Source: an uncultured Nitrososphaerales archaeon | GTDB taxonomy: Archaea; Thermoproteota; Nitrososphaeria; Nitrososphaerales; Nitrososphaeraceae | Reading direction: 5' to 3' | DNA: 64,000 bases | Assembly (NCBI GenBank): GCA_963709405.1 | Contig: CAVPXM010000021.1 | Coordinates: forward strand, 192,001 to 256,000 | Shown: in pieces, positions 42,243 to 53,950 of the stretch | How the letters are laid out: each line of letters starts with the position of its first letter | Position numbering within the stretch: position 1 is the stretch's first letter | Position numbers and translations under genes: made by a program | Notes under the pieces: generated by a model | What the model saw: only the letters and a program-made list of their open reading frames with translations | Told to the model about the DNA's origin: nothing | Databases searched by the model: none

Positions 42243-43376
42243 TTACAGAGTAAGAGCTCTTCTTATTGTGCTTATGAAATCATGAAGTTCGACTGGCTTT
42301 TTCATAATATCCATGCGGCCTTCAGATCAGGCAATATACTTATAAGCTCTGGTACAGCATCTAGAGCAGATATAAAGAGTATCTTAATATTTCTATTAAT
42401 TGCTTTCAATCTATAGTACAGCTGCAACCCATTGAGGCCAGGCATTCGTATATCTAGAACTGCCAATTTATAATGAGAAGGACTTAATTTGGAAAAGTGT
42501 TTCAAGGCTTTCACAGGATCTACAAATGCATCGACATCATAGCCTTCTAGAAGCCAGGCTTTTCTTGAACGTATAAAGGCTATCCTTTTCGTCATCAACT
42601 AACAAAATGCTGACTGAAGAAGATTGTTGCTGTTCGTGGTCATCAGACTCACTAAAAGAAATAATGCTATTATTTTTTTGCAAAGAATATAGAGGATAGT
42701 CCTTAAATTCAGCCTGCTGGTATTCAGACATTACCATCTTTTCGAAATGGCAATGATTTTCCTCAAGAGAAGAAAGCAAAGAGAAGGATTGTAGATGCTG
42801 ATAAAGCCCATCTCCTATTACTACCCCATTCAGTGATGCTTTCGAATTTATCTTTGAACACATATTCATAATCGGGCCAAACAGATCATCACTCCGGGAA
42901 GTAGCTGATCTTGCAACTTCCACTCTACCATAATCGACACTAATTCTGTAGCTGAGTGAGGGCAATTCTTCCTCATGCAATTTTCGATTAATTGTTTCAC
43001 GAGCTTCAACCATCGTTATACAACATTCGAGCACATCATTAAATGCAGATTTGTTACAAGGGTCAGTTGTTCCTGGGTAGCAGAATATCAAACAGTCACC
43101 CACATTTTTTATTATTTTTGCCCCTGATTCTCTGGCAATTGCAGCAATTGTGTTAAGAAAAATTTCATAGTATCTCCTAACTTTTTCTGGATTATTAATA
43201 CTAGAAGTAATCCCTGTAGAATCGATTATATCAACAAAACAAACACAACAATTTTGTGCTCCAATAAAACATATTTCATCCTCTTCTTTCTTCAATCCTA
43301 AAGAGTTAATGGGTTGAGAACGGTTTAAGATGTTAGTGCTGGTTGTTGACGAGTCATCAGTTGAAATTTTCGGCAC
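42243..43376 (-). CDS. Class III nucleotidyl cyclase fused to a C-terminal receiver domain (frameshifted)
   Basis: FVDIIDST, IIKNVGDCLI, RISVDYG, DLFG; then ILLVDDE, LDIRMPGLNG, FISA, KKPV in shifted frames. Confidence 0.8.
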
Positions 43377-44499
43377 AGATTATCATCTTCAGTAGGCATC
43401 TTCATCAGTTAAGCTGAATAAAAATCTCCTCTATGAAAAAATGCCATACTTTTATAACCATGATGCATGTATTAAGTCTTTCACCAATTGCAACGCAAGT
43501 CGCTGTTTGTCTCTTTGTAGGTCGATAACTATTGGACATTATATAGTACACATTCTGTCTGGTTTCTAGCCAATAACTGAGGATTCTCAACGAACGCCCC
43601 ATTTACATACACAACTCACCGGGTTAAGTTGCTCTGTTTGATACCTGCTCGAATGTTCGTAGTACTCGAAGTCGAACTCAATAATCGATTAGCAAAGCAT
43701 CGTAGCCAGACAGATTAGACCGAGCTTCCACAACCTTTCTTACTTCTTATCAATCTGGCAGGTAACTTTCGTGGAAACTTTCGTTTTTTCCTATCGTTTA
43801 TATGGTATGACCTAGACCAGCCATTCAAGATCCTCTTGGAACTTCCCATGATTATCAATTTTTCCTGGACCAAGATATTGCTCTATTCAGGTGAGATCCA
43901 CCAGCAGCTATCATTCTCTCAGGATTGTTTCCTACTATGTAATGAAAATATCAGCTGCTAGTTTGTGAAATGGGTGTATAGGTGAGCATATTTAGGTTAG
44001 GTCTAGCTCATTTCTTAATATATAAGTGGTAAATAAAATAATTGGTTCCTATCCATTTTACTGCTACCTTGGATCTAAAGCTTGGAGTGATCTTATCCCT
44101 ACCTACCTTAATTACACTAACATGCTCGCTCGCTAATACACGAAAGGAAAAGAACTACGAAAGTATCAATAAAAACAATGAAGGTTGAAAACTAAGATTT
44201 AAGGATGATGAAGGATGAAGGTTAACTGAGTCATTTATTTTTGGTTCGATACTTATGAATATTAGATAAGGTTCATTCTGACGAAATGGAACCCTTTTAT
44301 TGTATAAAGAATACATTATATTCCATTTCAGTTTTTATGACAGTCCATTTTGATTATTGCATTCGACCTCCAAACAAGTCATATAATACTAATAAATTAA
44401 CACTTCAAATGGTTAACAGTTTATGCACGAATCAATTGATCGCAGGGCTTTTTAATCGTTATTCATCAACAAGAATACACCCAGGAGATTTTACTAACA

Positions 44500-44754
44500 A
44501 TGAATATTGGTGAATCTGAGCAGCCGGTCAACATTATTGCAAAAACCTGTGGCTGTAAAGAAAGAGGATCAAAGAAAATAGCATACTCTTTCATTGACGC
44601 ATATCATAGTCTTTGTCTTGATAAAAAAGATATTATATCATCTGAATTGGAAGCATGTGAAAGTCTATTGAAACGTACTTCAGAGGAATCAGACAGAAAA
44701 GCTATAGAAACCGAAATAACAGAATTAAAAATGGCGCTAGATCTAATGCCATAG
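44500..44754 (+). CDS. Hypothetical protein (CGC motif, helical C-terminus)
   Basis: Intact 84-aa ORF with plausible composition. Confidence 0.6.
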   Translation: MNIGESEQPVNIIAKTCGCKERGSKKIAYSFIDAYHSLCLDKKDIISSELEACESLLKRTSEESDRKAIETEITELKMALDLMP

Positions 44755-44757
44755 ATT

Positions 44758-45204
44758 CTAGAGAAGGTATTCCCTGTTGTCAAATACATGAGGTAGAATC
44801 TTTTTCAGTATAATAAAATCAGCTTCGGCATCTATATCAAATGTTAGCAGCAACAATGACTTATTTTTTAGATCGCTGTTTTGTTGAAGTGGGATTGTAG
44901 CTCGAATTTCTTTGGAATATCTACTGATCGAAAAAAGGAGATCACCAATTTTAGATTTGAATTTATCACGTGTGGCAGAACGAATGACTGCCTGGACAGC
45001 AGCTCTTTCGGCTTCTTCACGTGACATCGATTGAACTAGTCCAGCTCTGGAAGCAGATGCAATTATGTGCCCCAAATGATCAACTATTATCGCAGACCTT
45101 ATGAAATAATCAGTTTTAAGAATTTGTTCGCAGAATCCTTGTAAATATATATTTTGGTCATCAGGATTACTACTAGAATAGGTAATAATTAGACCCATCT
45201 CCAA
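44758..45204 (-). CDS. Roadblock/profilin-like sensor-fold protein (DUF6659-like)
   Basis: FCEQIL...IRSAIIVDHLGHIIA...RAGL...KIGDLLFSISRYSKEIRATIPL. Confidence 0.6.
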   Translation of the reverse strand: MEMGLIITYSSSNPDDQNIYLQGFCEQILKTDYFIRSAIIVDHLGHIIASASRAGLVQSMSREEAERAAVQAVIRSATRDKFKSKIGDLLFSISRYSKEIRATIPLQQNSDLKNKSLLLLTFDIDAEADFIILKKILPHVFDNREYLL

Positions 45205-45699
45205 CTACAAAAGACAGTTTTTTCAATTTATTAATATCATTAAGGGTTACAATCGACACCTATAATTTTGTTTATTCATTCGTGGATGGACTTTTATTAT
45301 AGCTGAGCAGCAAGTGAGACGCCAACCAACTATTAATATTTTTTTACGATGTATGTAATGAAAGTGAGACAATTATTCTAAATTCACAGATTTTCCAATG
45401 AGATTCAATAGGTGATAATGTGATAGCGCATTGTCTTGTTTAGTAAGCCAGATAGACCTCAAAAACACCCAGGTTTGAAGATATTCATGCAAATTGAGGC
45501 TATGACGAACAACATGTTCCATTACAGGAGAAAAATCTAATCTAACGTAAACTAAACGGACTAATTTGATTATTGGTTAGATGGCTATATGTCATAAGTG
45601 GCTATTAGCCAACCAAATTTCTTGGGAGAATCTGTTCTTAGAATGGTCAATAAATATTTAAAGATCTAGCTAAAAACTGGTAGCATTGATAGAGAGGAT

Positions 45700-46653
45700 T
45701 CAATTATTTAACTCAGGAAGTTTTTCTTTAAGATCCTTAAATCTATTTCTTACGGTTACCTCCGTTACACCTGCTGCTTTTGCAATATCGATCTGAGTCT
45801 TATTTTCACCAGTCCCAAGACAAGACATGTAGATGACAGTCGCCGCCAAACCCATGGGATCTTTTCCAGCAGATATCTCTTTTTCAGTAACCTGGCTCAT
45901 TATGGCCATCGCTTTCCTCTTTGTCTTTTCATTTAAACTTACTTTATTCGCGACCTTTACAATGCATTTCATAGGGTCTAATATTGGAATTGATATGCCA
46001 AGTTCAAAGCTCAATATTCGATAAGCTTTTGATATTCTCTTCTCTCTAATAGAACTAGCTTGGGCAACCTCATTTAGCGTCTTTGGAACTCCCAATTCCC
46101 TGCAAGCCGCATATACTGCAGCACCTAAAATACTATCTATTGTCCTTCCTCTTACTAATCCCCTTTGCTGAGCTTTTCTATATGTGTAAGCGGCTTTTTC
46201 AACTACTGCATCTGGTAAACCTAACCTATCTTTTAATCCATAAAGCTTGTGAAATGCAATCATAAAATTCCTATCGCTGGATTTGGAAAGTTGTGTTCTG
46301 AGATTCCATGTTCTCAACCTTTGCATTTTAGAATATGTGGCAGCATCTAATTTTTGACCGCTGGCATCTCTATCGGTCCTACCTATGGTTGTGGATAATC
46401 CCATATCGTGAAAGGCAATGGAGGTGGGTGGACCTAATCTAATTTTGTTATAATCTTGCTCATTACCAAATGTACGCGAATCTGGTCTCGTACTATCTTC
46501 GATACGATCATTTATTACCATACCACACTTTGAACAGATGATTTCACCAGATTCAACATCCGTGATAACTGTTGATGTCTCACTAGGATTATCTTTACGA
46601 GCAGGACTACCATTGCATACCGGACATATTATACTTGTAACTTCATTTTTCAT
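45700..46653 (-). CDS. tfb: Transcription initiation factor IIB
   Basis: Zn ribbon CPVC...GEIICSKCG, HDMGLST, RGRT, GKDPMGLAA, AGVTEVTVRNR. Confidence 0.95.
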   Translation of the reverse strand: MKNEVTSIICPVCNGSPARKDNPSETSTVITDVESGEIICSKCGMVINDRIEDSTRPDSRTFGNEQDYNKIRLGPPTSIAFHDMGLSTTIGRTDRDASGQKLDAATYSKMQRLRTWNLRTQLSKSSDRNFMIAFHKLYGLKDRLGLPDAVVEKAAYTYRKAQQRGLVRGRTIDSILGAAVYAACRELGVPKTLNEVAQASSIREKRISKAYRILSFELGISIPILDPMKCIVKVANKVSLNEKTKRKAMAIMSQVTEKEISAGKDPMGLAATVIYMSCLGTGENKTQIDIAKAAGVTEVTVRNRFKDLKEKLPELNN

Positions 46654-46928
46654 TGTAATGGATAAGCGTCAATAACACAATCACACATCTATTATATGGC
46701 AAAATACTACTTAAAGCTTGGTTGTATTTATTTATCGTACAAATGTAGAAACAGCTTTCTTGGCAATTAGTCAAGATTTCCAATTCATGGTTATTTTGTG
46801 GCATGATTATATATTTATAATATAAAATGCAGATTCGAATCTAAATTTTTGGAAAGGTATGTCTTTTCATGCTCAAAGTTGTGATTTTTAAATAATTTAC
46901 TAAACGGAGGCATTTCAATACTTTCCTG

Positions 46929-47067
46929 TGCTTTGTTGCACGAATCCGATATTAGTCAACTAACTTTGAAACATTCAGTAAAAAGGAGTAATCCGCATTT
47001 GGCCTATTCCTGAGAAGTACGAAAAGCATTGCAAGATGACGATCTTTCTGAATTATGCAACAAAGCA
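46929..47067. mobile_element. MITE, copy 2 (inverted), with 8-bp target-site duplication
   Basis: Same TIRs; CTTTCCTG at 46921-46928 and 47068-47075. Confidence 0.9.
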
Positions 47068-47803
47068 CTTTCCTGATGACTATTAAATTTCCCTTTTCAA
47101 TTGGGTGTTCAAGAAGAGTTTGAAGGTAGAATTAACAAGTGGTATTTAGATTACGACGAGCTAATAGAACACAAAAAGAATCCAAACTAGGATAAGACAT
47201 AATGCTTTCATTGCTAACTACGTCTTGACATAGACGACCCCATATTAAGTGGAATTAATGGATTAGTTACTAAATGATTAGCGCAAGATAAATACAGTAG
47301 TACTTCACTAGAATATCCATGGTCAGATGAAAACAGATTTGAATGCCCTTATGGTTACAAGAAAGGGAAAATATCACTGCAAAGTTAAGTGCTGCAGATC
47401 TGTTTGAATTTGCTAACTTAGCTTTTGTACTGCCAATTGACTTAGCTATAGCTAGAAGAGATATATCTGATAGCCAAGTAAAAATAAACAGGATCTTTAT
47501 CACGCGTTAACAAATATGGAAATATTAAATAGTATAGTTGTACAAAAACTTGGTTGTATATCATCTAATAAAGAGATATTCCAAAATACATCTGGAGTTT
47601 GTTAATATTTACAGAAATCCAACTGAGGCAAAATCGCAGATCATTTTGTGACTATTAGATACAAAAATGAAACTGAAAGAATTAAGATTCCGGTAGCATA
47701 CTTGCAAACATGTCAGCCTGTCGCATACCAGCCTAACGAGTGTAATGACACGATGCCAGAAACATAGTATACCTTACACCTACGCCATTTTTAAATAGTC
47801 GTT

Positions 47804-48187
47804 GTGATACCAAAAAGACATATGTCTAGCCAGACGGAAGATCCAACACATGAAATACAGACAAAATATGATGAATTTCAGAAAGCCTGTAAGACTATAC
47901 TTCCTAAAATAGATCGAAAGTTAATTGAAGATTTTCTTTATCGCCAACAGGAGGATCCTGGCACCAAACCTATGTATAGCATTGAAGTCACTACAAAAGA
48001 AGGATTGGATACACAAAAAATAAAAGATCTAGTATGGAGCAAAATTGGGGAAATACCGGACATAGATAATCATGGCACATATTATAGAATTGAGCATATA
48101 TTAACACTGGAAGCGCTAAGGCGACTATCTGATCATGATTTTGTTTTGAGTGTTAAAGGATCGTATACAGGACCTTATTCCTTCTAG
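47804..48187 (+). CDS. Hypothetical protein
   Basis: Intact 127-aa ORF; ATG at 47822 is a likely start. Confidence 0.6.
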   Translation: MIPKRHMSSQTEDPTHEIQTKYDEFQKACKTILPKIDRKLIEDFLYRQQEDPGTKPMYSIEVTTKEGLDTQKIKDLVWSKIGEIPDIDNHGTYYRIEHILTLEALRRLSDHDFVLSVKGSYTGPYSF

Positions 48188-48546
48188 ATATTATCTAGTC
48201 GTTGTCTAATTATTACTGCAATGGAAACAGTTGCGGCTAGATGCATTAAAGAGCTTTATCTCAGACTATTTTCATGTCACCGTAATAAATGTCGGTGATG
48301 ATATAGGTAAAAATTAACAACACAGTATTATTACCTTTCTTACTCTCTAATTCATAATAAAGACGTGAAGACTCTGTACACGAAGGCCAAAACTGGCTCT
48401 AAAACTCTTTTTAGTTTAATTTCTAAGATATACAGTTCTATTATCAGCACCTTGGCTCATTCTTTAGGAAGATGAATCAGATTTATGAAAGTGTATTTAT
48501 CCTCTTAATTAAGATAAATCATTAGATCAAAGATATATTTAGAGTT

Positions 48547-48789
48547 ATGAAGAACCCCCACAAAACTATAAAAAAAGAGGTTGTTCTACAGGCAACATTT
48601 CTAATACTTGTAGCAGCTGTTATCATACCTACTAGTGGTAACAATGCATTTGCGAAGAATGTACAAACGGTATCACCAGACAATCCTTGTGGAAACCGGC
48701 CATTACCGTTAAATATTAAGTGTGAGAACATAGCGTCACAGGTTGAAGGAAGCGATAACGTTGTAAATGGATCAGCTTCACAACGATAA
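48547..48789 (+). CDS. Small secreted protein with two Cys
   Basis: Signal peptide ending in AFA; CGNRPLPLNIKCEN. Confidence 0.55.
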   Translation: MKNPHKTIKKEVVLQATFLILVAAVIIPTSGNNAFAKNVQTVSPDNPCGNRPLPLNIKCENIASQVEGSDNVVNGSASQR

Positions 48790-49305
48790 TACGCCATACA
48801 CTTACTCACTCACTCACTGTTCTCTTTTATTATTTTTCTATTTGTAATCTAATAGTGTGTTATAGCATTATCTTTCATTTGATTAAGGGTTCTTAACGAT
48901 TATTTAATGAAGTATTTTCAAGAATTATCAGCAATTACTTTAGAGTAGGTCGCTCGAAAAAATCCATGGCATAAAGACAGGCATATTAAACTGCTTCAAA
49001 TTGACATGGATTGATTGATGATAGATATGCTGTGGTCCAGGGAAGAGAAATAGGTAGTATCCTCATCAAAACTATAATAAAATAAGATGTTGTCCATTTC
49101 GTTAGTCTGAAAACCTTTTTATCTGCCAATGACTTGATTGGACCAGCTCGACGATAATAAGAGAGATTTACACGCTGCAGAGACATGAACATAGCGGTTT
49201 GGAATATGTGATAATAGAATATTTTCTATATTCTTATTGGTAAGGAATCGTTTAAGATCTTTCCAAGTCAACCTAATTATTACTTGATTATTCTATTTCT
49301 CGCTA

Positions 49306-49476
49306 CTACTCAAAAACTTTGTTAACTGTAGTAGTTTCTTCTTCTATTGCTATTGTTGATGTTGATTCCTCTCTGCTTATCAAATCTTGTTTCATTTGTT
49401 GAAATTCCGATTCTGATATTACGCCTTGTTCTATGGGTTTAGCAAGTTTAGCCAATTCATCAGCAATTGACATCAT
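49306..49476 (-). CDS. SHOCT-domain fragment or small protein
   Basis: Manual translation SIADELAKLAKPIEQGVISESEFQQMKQDLI. Confidence 0.55.
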   Translation of the reverse strand: MMSIADELAKLAKPIEQGVISESEFQQMKQDLISREESTSTIAIEEETTTVNKVFE

Positions 49477-50053
49477 TGTTGTTGACTAATGATGACAATT
49501 ATTATTATTCATGTCTACCTGATTGTGTTGCTGCTATCGAGGCCGATGTGCTTCATATTGTCTATGGTAGAAGGTATAGATTTTCTGACATGCTTAGTTA
49601 CAGAGGGAGGGTGATAATCATAACTAGATGAACGAACTTCTTGGTCCCGATATCACAAATCACGGTTAAGGGCCCAAAATAAGCCTCTATAGTTACCAAA
49701 CGTTATAACTTAGCTTTACTTACATACTGATTTACTTCCTTAACTTCTTATACTTGCTAAATATTCAGCCTATAAAGTATATTGTTGTTATTACTCGAAT
49801 TACATGTACTCGACAGAACGACTTGAAGTATCGAAATATATCTAACGCAGAACCTAATGCTAAAACATATAGACATCAATTGATGGAAAGAGAGGCTAGC
49901 AAAGCCGTTAATCTTGACCCTTTTTAAGAAAGTTCATAGATCTCGCTAGCATTATCTCAAAACTTCCGTTCTTCGATATATACTCCCACGATCTACCTCT
50001 GACTCACTATATCTTCAAATAACTTTTCCGCCCTTGATCTTATAGACTGGGAT

Positions 50054-51250
50054 GTGGCTACCGCAAATGAAATCAAGGAGAGGCTGGAGAGAAATTGGAT
50101 TAAATTCCTCAACGAAAATTCTGCAAAGTTCTCACTAAAGACACTTTCTGGTGCTACGCCACCCTCAGTATTTGTTGGGCGCTATGGTTACCCGAAAGTA
50201 AAAGTTGGACCAATGGTGCCACCACTTCACGGAGACACAACAATACTGGATAAACCAGAGATGTGGCTCGGCAAAACTATAGAGGAGATTGTTAATTATC
50301 GTTTGTCGCTTGTGCGTGGAGTTTCGAATGTTAATATTCATAATGTTTGTGAAAAATATGTAGAATCTTTACAGGAGCTTGCGATGACAAGTAAATCAGT
50401 CGAAACTGAAGCAACGTTTGAAAAGTCACCAATCGCAGGCTTTGAGCAAGAGAAAGACTCTGGTTTAGATACTGATTCGGCGCCATTTGGCCCTGTTGCT
50501 CCCTTAACGAGCTTTAAGACATCATCTTCAATTTCAGTAGATCAAAGGATAGAAGATGCATTTTATGATAAAGATTTACCAGCAGCAGAGGCAATGGTTA
50601 ATCTTTATCAAGGAGGTGTCGAAGTCAGTAGTATTAACCGAGTTCTAAGTATCGGTATGCTAGGATTGCAAAAAAATCGCAGGTTGGTACCCACAAGATG
50701 GAGTATTTCTGCTACTGACGATGTGATATCAGCTAGTTTGATAAAAAAGATCGATATCTTTTCCGCAATTGATTCCTTCAAAGTCTATAATTATGCGCAT
50801 TTGGGTAACTATTACTCCATAATTTTAATTCCGGATGACATTTGGAGTTTTGAAATGCAGGAAGCATGGCATGATAATAATGGAAATTTGCAAGTCGGAA
50901 TAGATTTTGAAAATGCAAATGGTTTAGATCATTATCCTTCTATAGCAGGAGCATACTTTGCTGCCAGATTAGGTGTAGCTGAATATCTTTTCAAATTAAG
51001 ACGTAAGGCTGCGGCATTGATTCTAAGAGAAATACGTCCGGAGTACGTTATGCCTGTAGGAGTATGGCAGATAAGAGAAGGAGTAAGAAGGGCGTTTGAT
51101 GGACAGGCAGGACAATTTGAAAATTTCGACGAAGCTTTATCATGTGCATGTATTAATCTATCTTTATCTAAGAATGAATGGATTAGGAATAGTGAATTGT
51201 ACAAGAATAAGCGGGAACAGATGAGAATTACAGACTTTTTTAGGACATAA
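50054..51250 (+). CDS. nreA: Nre-family archaeal DNA repair protein
   Basis: PPSVFVGRYGYPKV, RRLVPTRWSISATD, YFAARL, PVGVWQIRE, C-terminal PIP box QMRITDFF. Confidence 0.9.
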   Translation: MATANEIKERLERNWIKFLNENSAKFSLKTLSGATPPSVFVGRYGYPKVKVGPMVPPLHGDTTILDKPEMWLGKTIEEIVNYRLSLVRGVSNVNIHNVCEKYVESLQELAMTSKSVETEATFEKSPIAGFEQEKDSGLDTDSAPFGPVAPLTSFKTSSSISVDQRIEDAFYDKDLPAAEAMVNLYQGGVEVSSINRVLSIGMLGLQKNRRLVPTRWSISATDDVISASLIKKIDIFSAIDSFKVYNYAHLGNYYSIILIPDDIWSFEMQEAWHDNNGNLQVGIDFENANGLDHYPSIAGAYFAARLGVAEYLFKLRRKAAALILREIRPEYVMPVGVWQIREGVRRAFDGQAGQFENFDEALSCACINLSLSKNEWIRNSELYKNKREQMRITDFFRT

Positions 51251-51595
51251 TTGTGAAGAGATAGAGCTGGTTTAGGAAGCATAGGAAATAACACTTGCAA
51301 AAAGCAATCAGTAGTTCTATCATATTCATATCTATACATATATCACCAAACAACCCGTGCAAAAATGAGAATGGGTTTGAATTAGCCTGGTAGTATGCAT
51401 AACTTTATTATAATTGAAAATTTGTGATGTCGATACCAATTAGTGTAACTTTGCCATGGTCAAAACTTAGGACTATATTGAAAACCAAATAGAAATGGCA
51501 ATTTCAAGATCTCATTTGGATGATATAATTCATCAAATAGTTGGGGATTATAAGGACTCAAATGATTAGGCCTTTCTCTTTATACTAAACCATTT

Positions 51596-52480
51596 TCATG
51601 AGTAATTTTCTGGTAAGGTTTCAATTTCTGAGATCAAGTCCCAAATTGAATTATATCTGTTTTCTGGTTTAATCTCTATCATTTTCATAATACATCGATC
51701 TAATTTTGAAGAAATGTTTGGAAAATGCGTGGAAGGAGGTTGGACAGCCCTCTTTTCTAAGTTATTATTATTGTCTTCATAAGCAATAGGTTTCTTACAT
51801 GTAAGCATCTCATAGAATATGATTCCAAGAGAAAAGATATCAGCACGACCATCCACCTCATCCAGCCCAAACCACTGCTCTGGCGCACAATAAACCGGTG
51901 TTCCTCCAAGTTGTCCTACTACTGCAGTTAGAGCTATAGATTCTCTCTTGACATCTTTTCCGAGCCCCCAATCAGTAAGTTTTATTTCATATCTATTGGG
52001 AGTTGTATACATAATATTATCCGGCTTTAGGTCTCTATGGTATATTTTCTCACTGTGAGCTTGTGCGAGGGCATTACAAATAGGCAAGATTATTTTACTA
52101 ATCGTCCACTTGGTTTCAAAAAATTCTCCGCGGCTGAACTTTTCATCCATATGTTGTCTAAGTGAACCTCCACTCAAGTATTCCATTATATAATAAGGGG
52201 TAAATTTGGGAGGATCACCACCTACGTTCCATTGAGTAATTTTGACAATGTTTGGATGGTTTAGCTGTGAAAGTATTTTTATTTCCCTCTCAAAACGATC
52301 CTTATTGATGGTACTGAAATTTTCTAATTCTTTCAACGCATACTTGTTGTTATCTTCTCCAATCACCCCGTATACTGCTCCAAATCCACCAGAGCCTAAA
52401 TGTTTTACTATATTATATCTCAATGTGTATATGTATGCCTTGTATATACAACACAGTTTATACAGGTATGTGATTTTCAT
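51596..52480 (-). CDS. Hanks-type Ser/Thr protein kinase (kinase domain only)
   Basis: LGSGGFGAVY, ALK, HRDLKPDN, DWG, GTPVYCAPE, DIFSLG; the start may be TTG at 52423. Confidence 0.9.
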   Translation of the reverse strand: MKITYLYKLCCIYKAYIYTLRYNIVKHLGSGGFGAVYGVIGEDNNKYALKELENFSTINKDRFEREIKILSQLNHPNIVKITQWNVGGDPPKFTPYYIMEYLSGGSLRQHMDEKFSRGEFFETKWTISKIILPICNALAQAHSEKIYHRDLKPDNIMYTTPNRYEIKLTDWGLGKDVKRESIALTAVVGQLGGTPVYCAPEQWFGLDEVDGRADIFSLGIIFYEMLTCKKPIAYEDNNNNLEKRAVQPPSTHFPNISSKLDRCIMKMIEIKPENRYNSIWDLISEIETLPENYS

Positions 52481-52614
52481 TAGTCAATTCATTTATCACT
52501 GTGTATTTTGCTAAGTTTGAGGATACGCTTATCAAGATCTCGGTTGATGAGTAACAAGGCACAGAAATAAAGCCTTTAATTCATTATCTTTTCTGAATTT
52601 GGATTCGGTTATAA

Positions 52615-53199
52615 TTACTTAACTATTTCAAATGAGTTGACCATTTTATCAATCGCAGGCGTGTGTTTAAGATATTCCGTCTTTGCTTCAGAATATGATA
52701 TTGTGTAGACAATATTATTTATTATCGTCCATATATTCATTGATTGAAAGTCAGCTGGCATTGGTGTGGGGGGGCTAGTAAATGTGTAAATAATTTTGTG
52801 TGCAGGAGCTCCGGACAACACAGTATTACTTGAATTCATGATGCGAAACCCCGTGATATCCTTCGCAATTTCCAAGTTCTGTTTTGTTAATGAATTCAAA
52901 TCGCCAATTTTTTTCTGCATTTTTTCAATAGCGATAGTTACAAATGGCATGAGTGGTTGATGTTCGGTTTCCACAGCTGGGATAAATTCTACTACTTGAC
53001 CTCCTCTTGTTGTATTCTTTTCGATAGGTTTCCACAATAACGGATGTAAAACCTGGATCCCTAAACGAGAGTTCTTATAAAGAACGAACTTTGTCGCAGT
53101 ATAATCCACAGGAGCTGACATATTCATAGAGGAGGAGGAGGAAGACATGTTCATCTGCGCCATAAGTACTTGGACGCCATTAAATGAAACAAGCAGCAT
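52615..53199 (-). CDS. PsbP-like domain secreted protein
   Basis: YKNSRLGIQVLHPLLW, LSGAPAHKIIYT, IVYTISY, IDKMVNSFEI. Confidence 0.7.
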   Translation of the reverse strand: MLLVSFNGVQVLMAQMNMSSSSSSMNMSAPVDYTATKFVLYKNSRLGIQVLHPLLWKPIEKNTTRGGQVVEFIPAVETEHQPLMPFVTIAIEKMQKKIGDLNSLTKQNLEIAKDITGFRIMNSSNTVLSGAPAHKIIYTFTSPPTPMPADFQSMNIWTIINNIVYTISYSEAKTEYLKHTPAIDKMVNSFEIVK

Positions 53200-53950
53200 G
53201 ATTATCGATAAGACGGCGCCTAGAACTGTAGGCAGTTGGAGGTACGGTTTCTTATTATGCCGAGAGTTTAAAGCTTGTCAGCCCCCTATTTAATCAGAGT
53301 AGGAGGTGAAGTTGGAGCCAAAGGATCGAATCCAATCCGCGACCGGCTCTCAAACGAAGGTCGAGGTGCAATGGGATCGAATCCATACCATGGTTTTTCT
53401 TGAACTTGAAACATGTCTGGTTCACAGACAACTAAAAGTCCTCCGTCCGGAGCTACATTACCAGAATGAGATGCAGGTGGACTCGTGTGCAGCAATAATT
53501 GCAATAATACTCTGCTTTGTATTAAACTTAATTTCTACTGATGCAAATAAGACAGTACAGAAAGTAAAAATCAGCCGCCTGTAATATGCGCTGTGATATC
53601 CAATTCATTAATTCAATGTCCTTCAAAGTCGTCTGCGATTGGCTGCACATTAAGTTAAGAAGGAACAGATAGCCAATATTTCCCCTTCACGTAATCGATG
53701 ATAGTCTCTTGGATCAACCAGGAATAGATACACAGGATATTTCAGTTTCTTTCTTCACACACTCTTAAAATATTTGTAGTGCTGTAGGTGGACACGATAG
53801 ACTATCGAGGATTACTTCAATATAATAGATCTCACTCTCAATCACCAGATTGCTACCGAGCTGGTCGAAAGTCCACTTCGTTCTTGAAAATGAATGGTTG
53901 AATCCAATCACTGTTGGTAATGCAATATTAAATTAAACAACATGCAAGTA

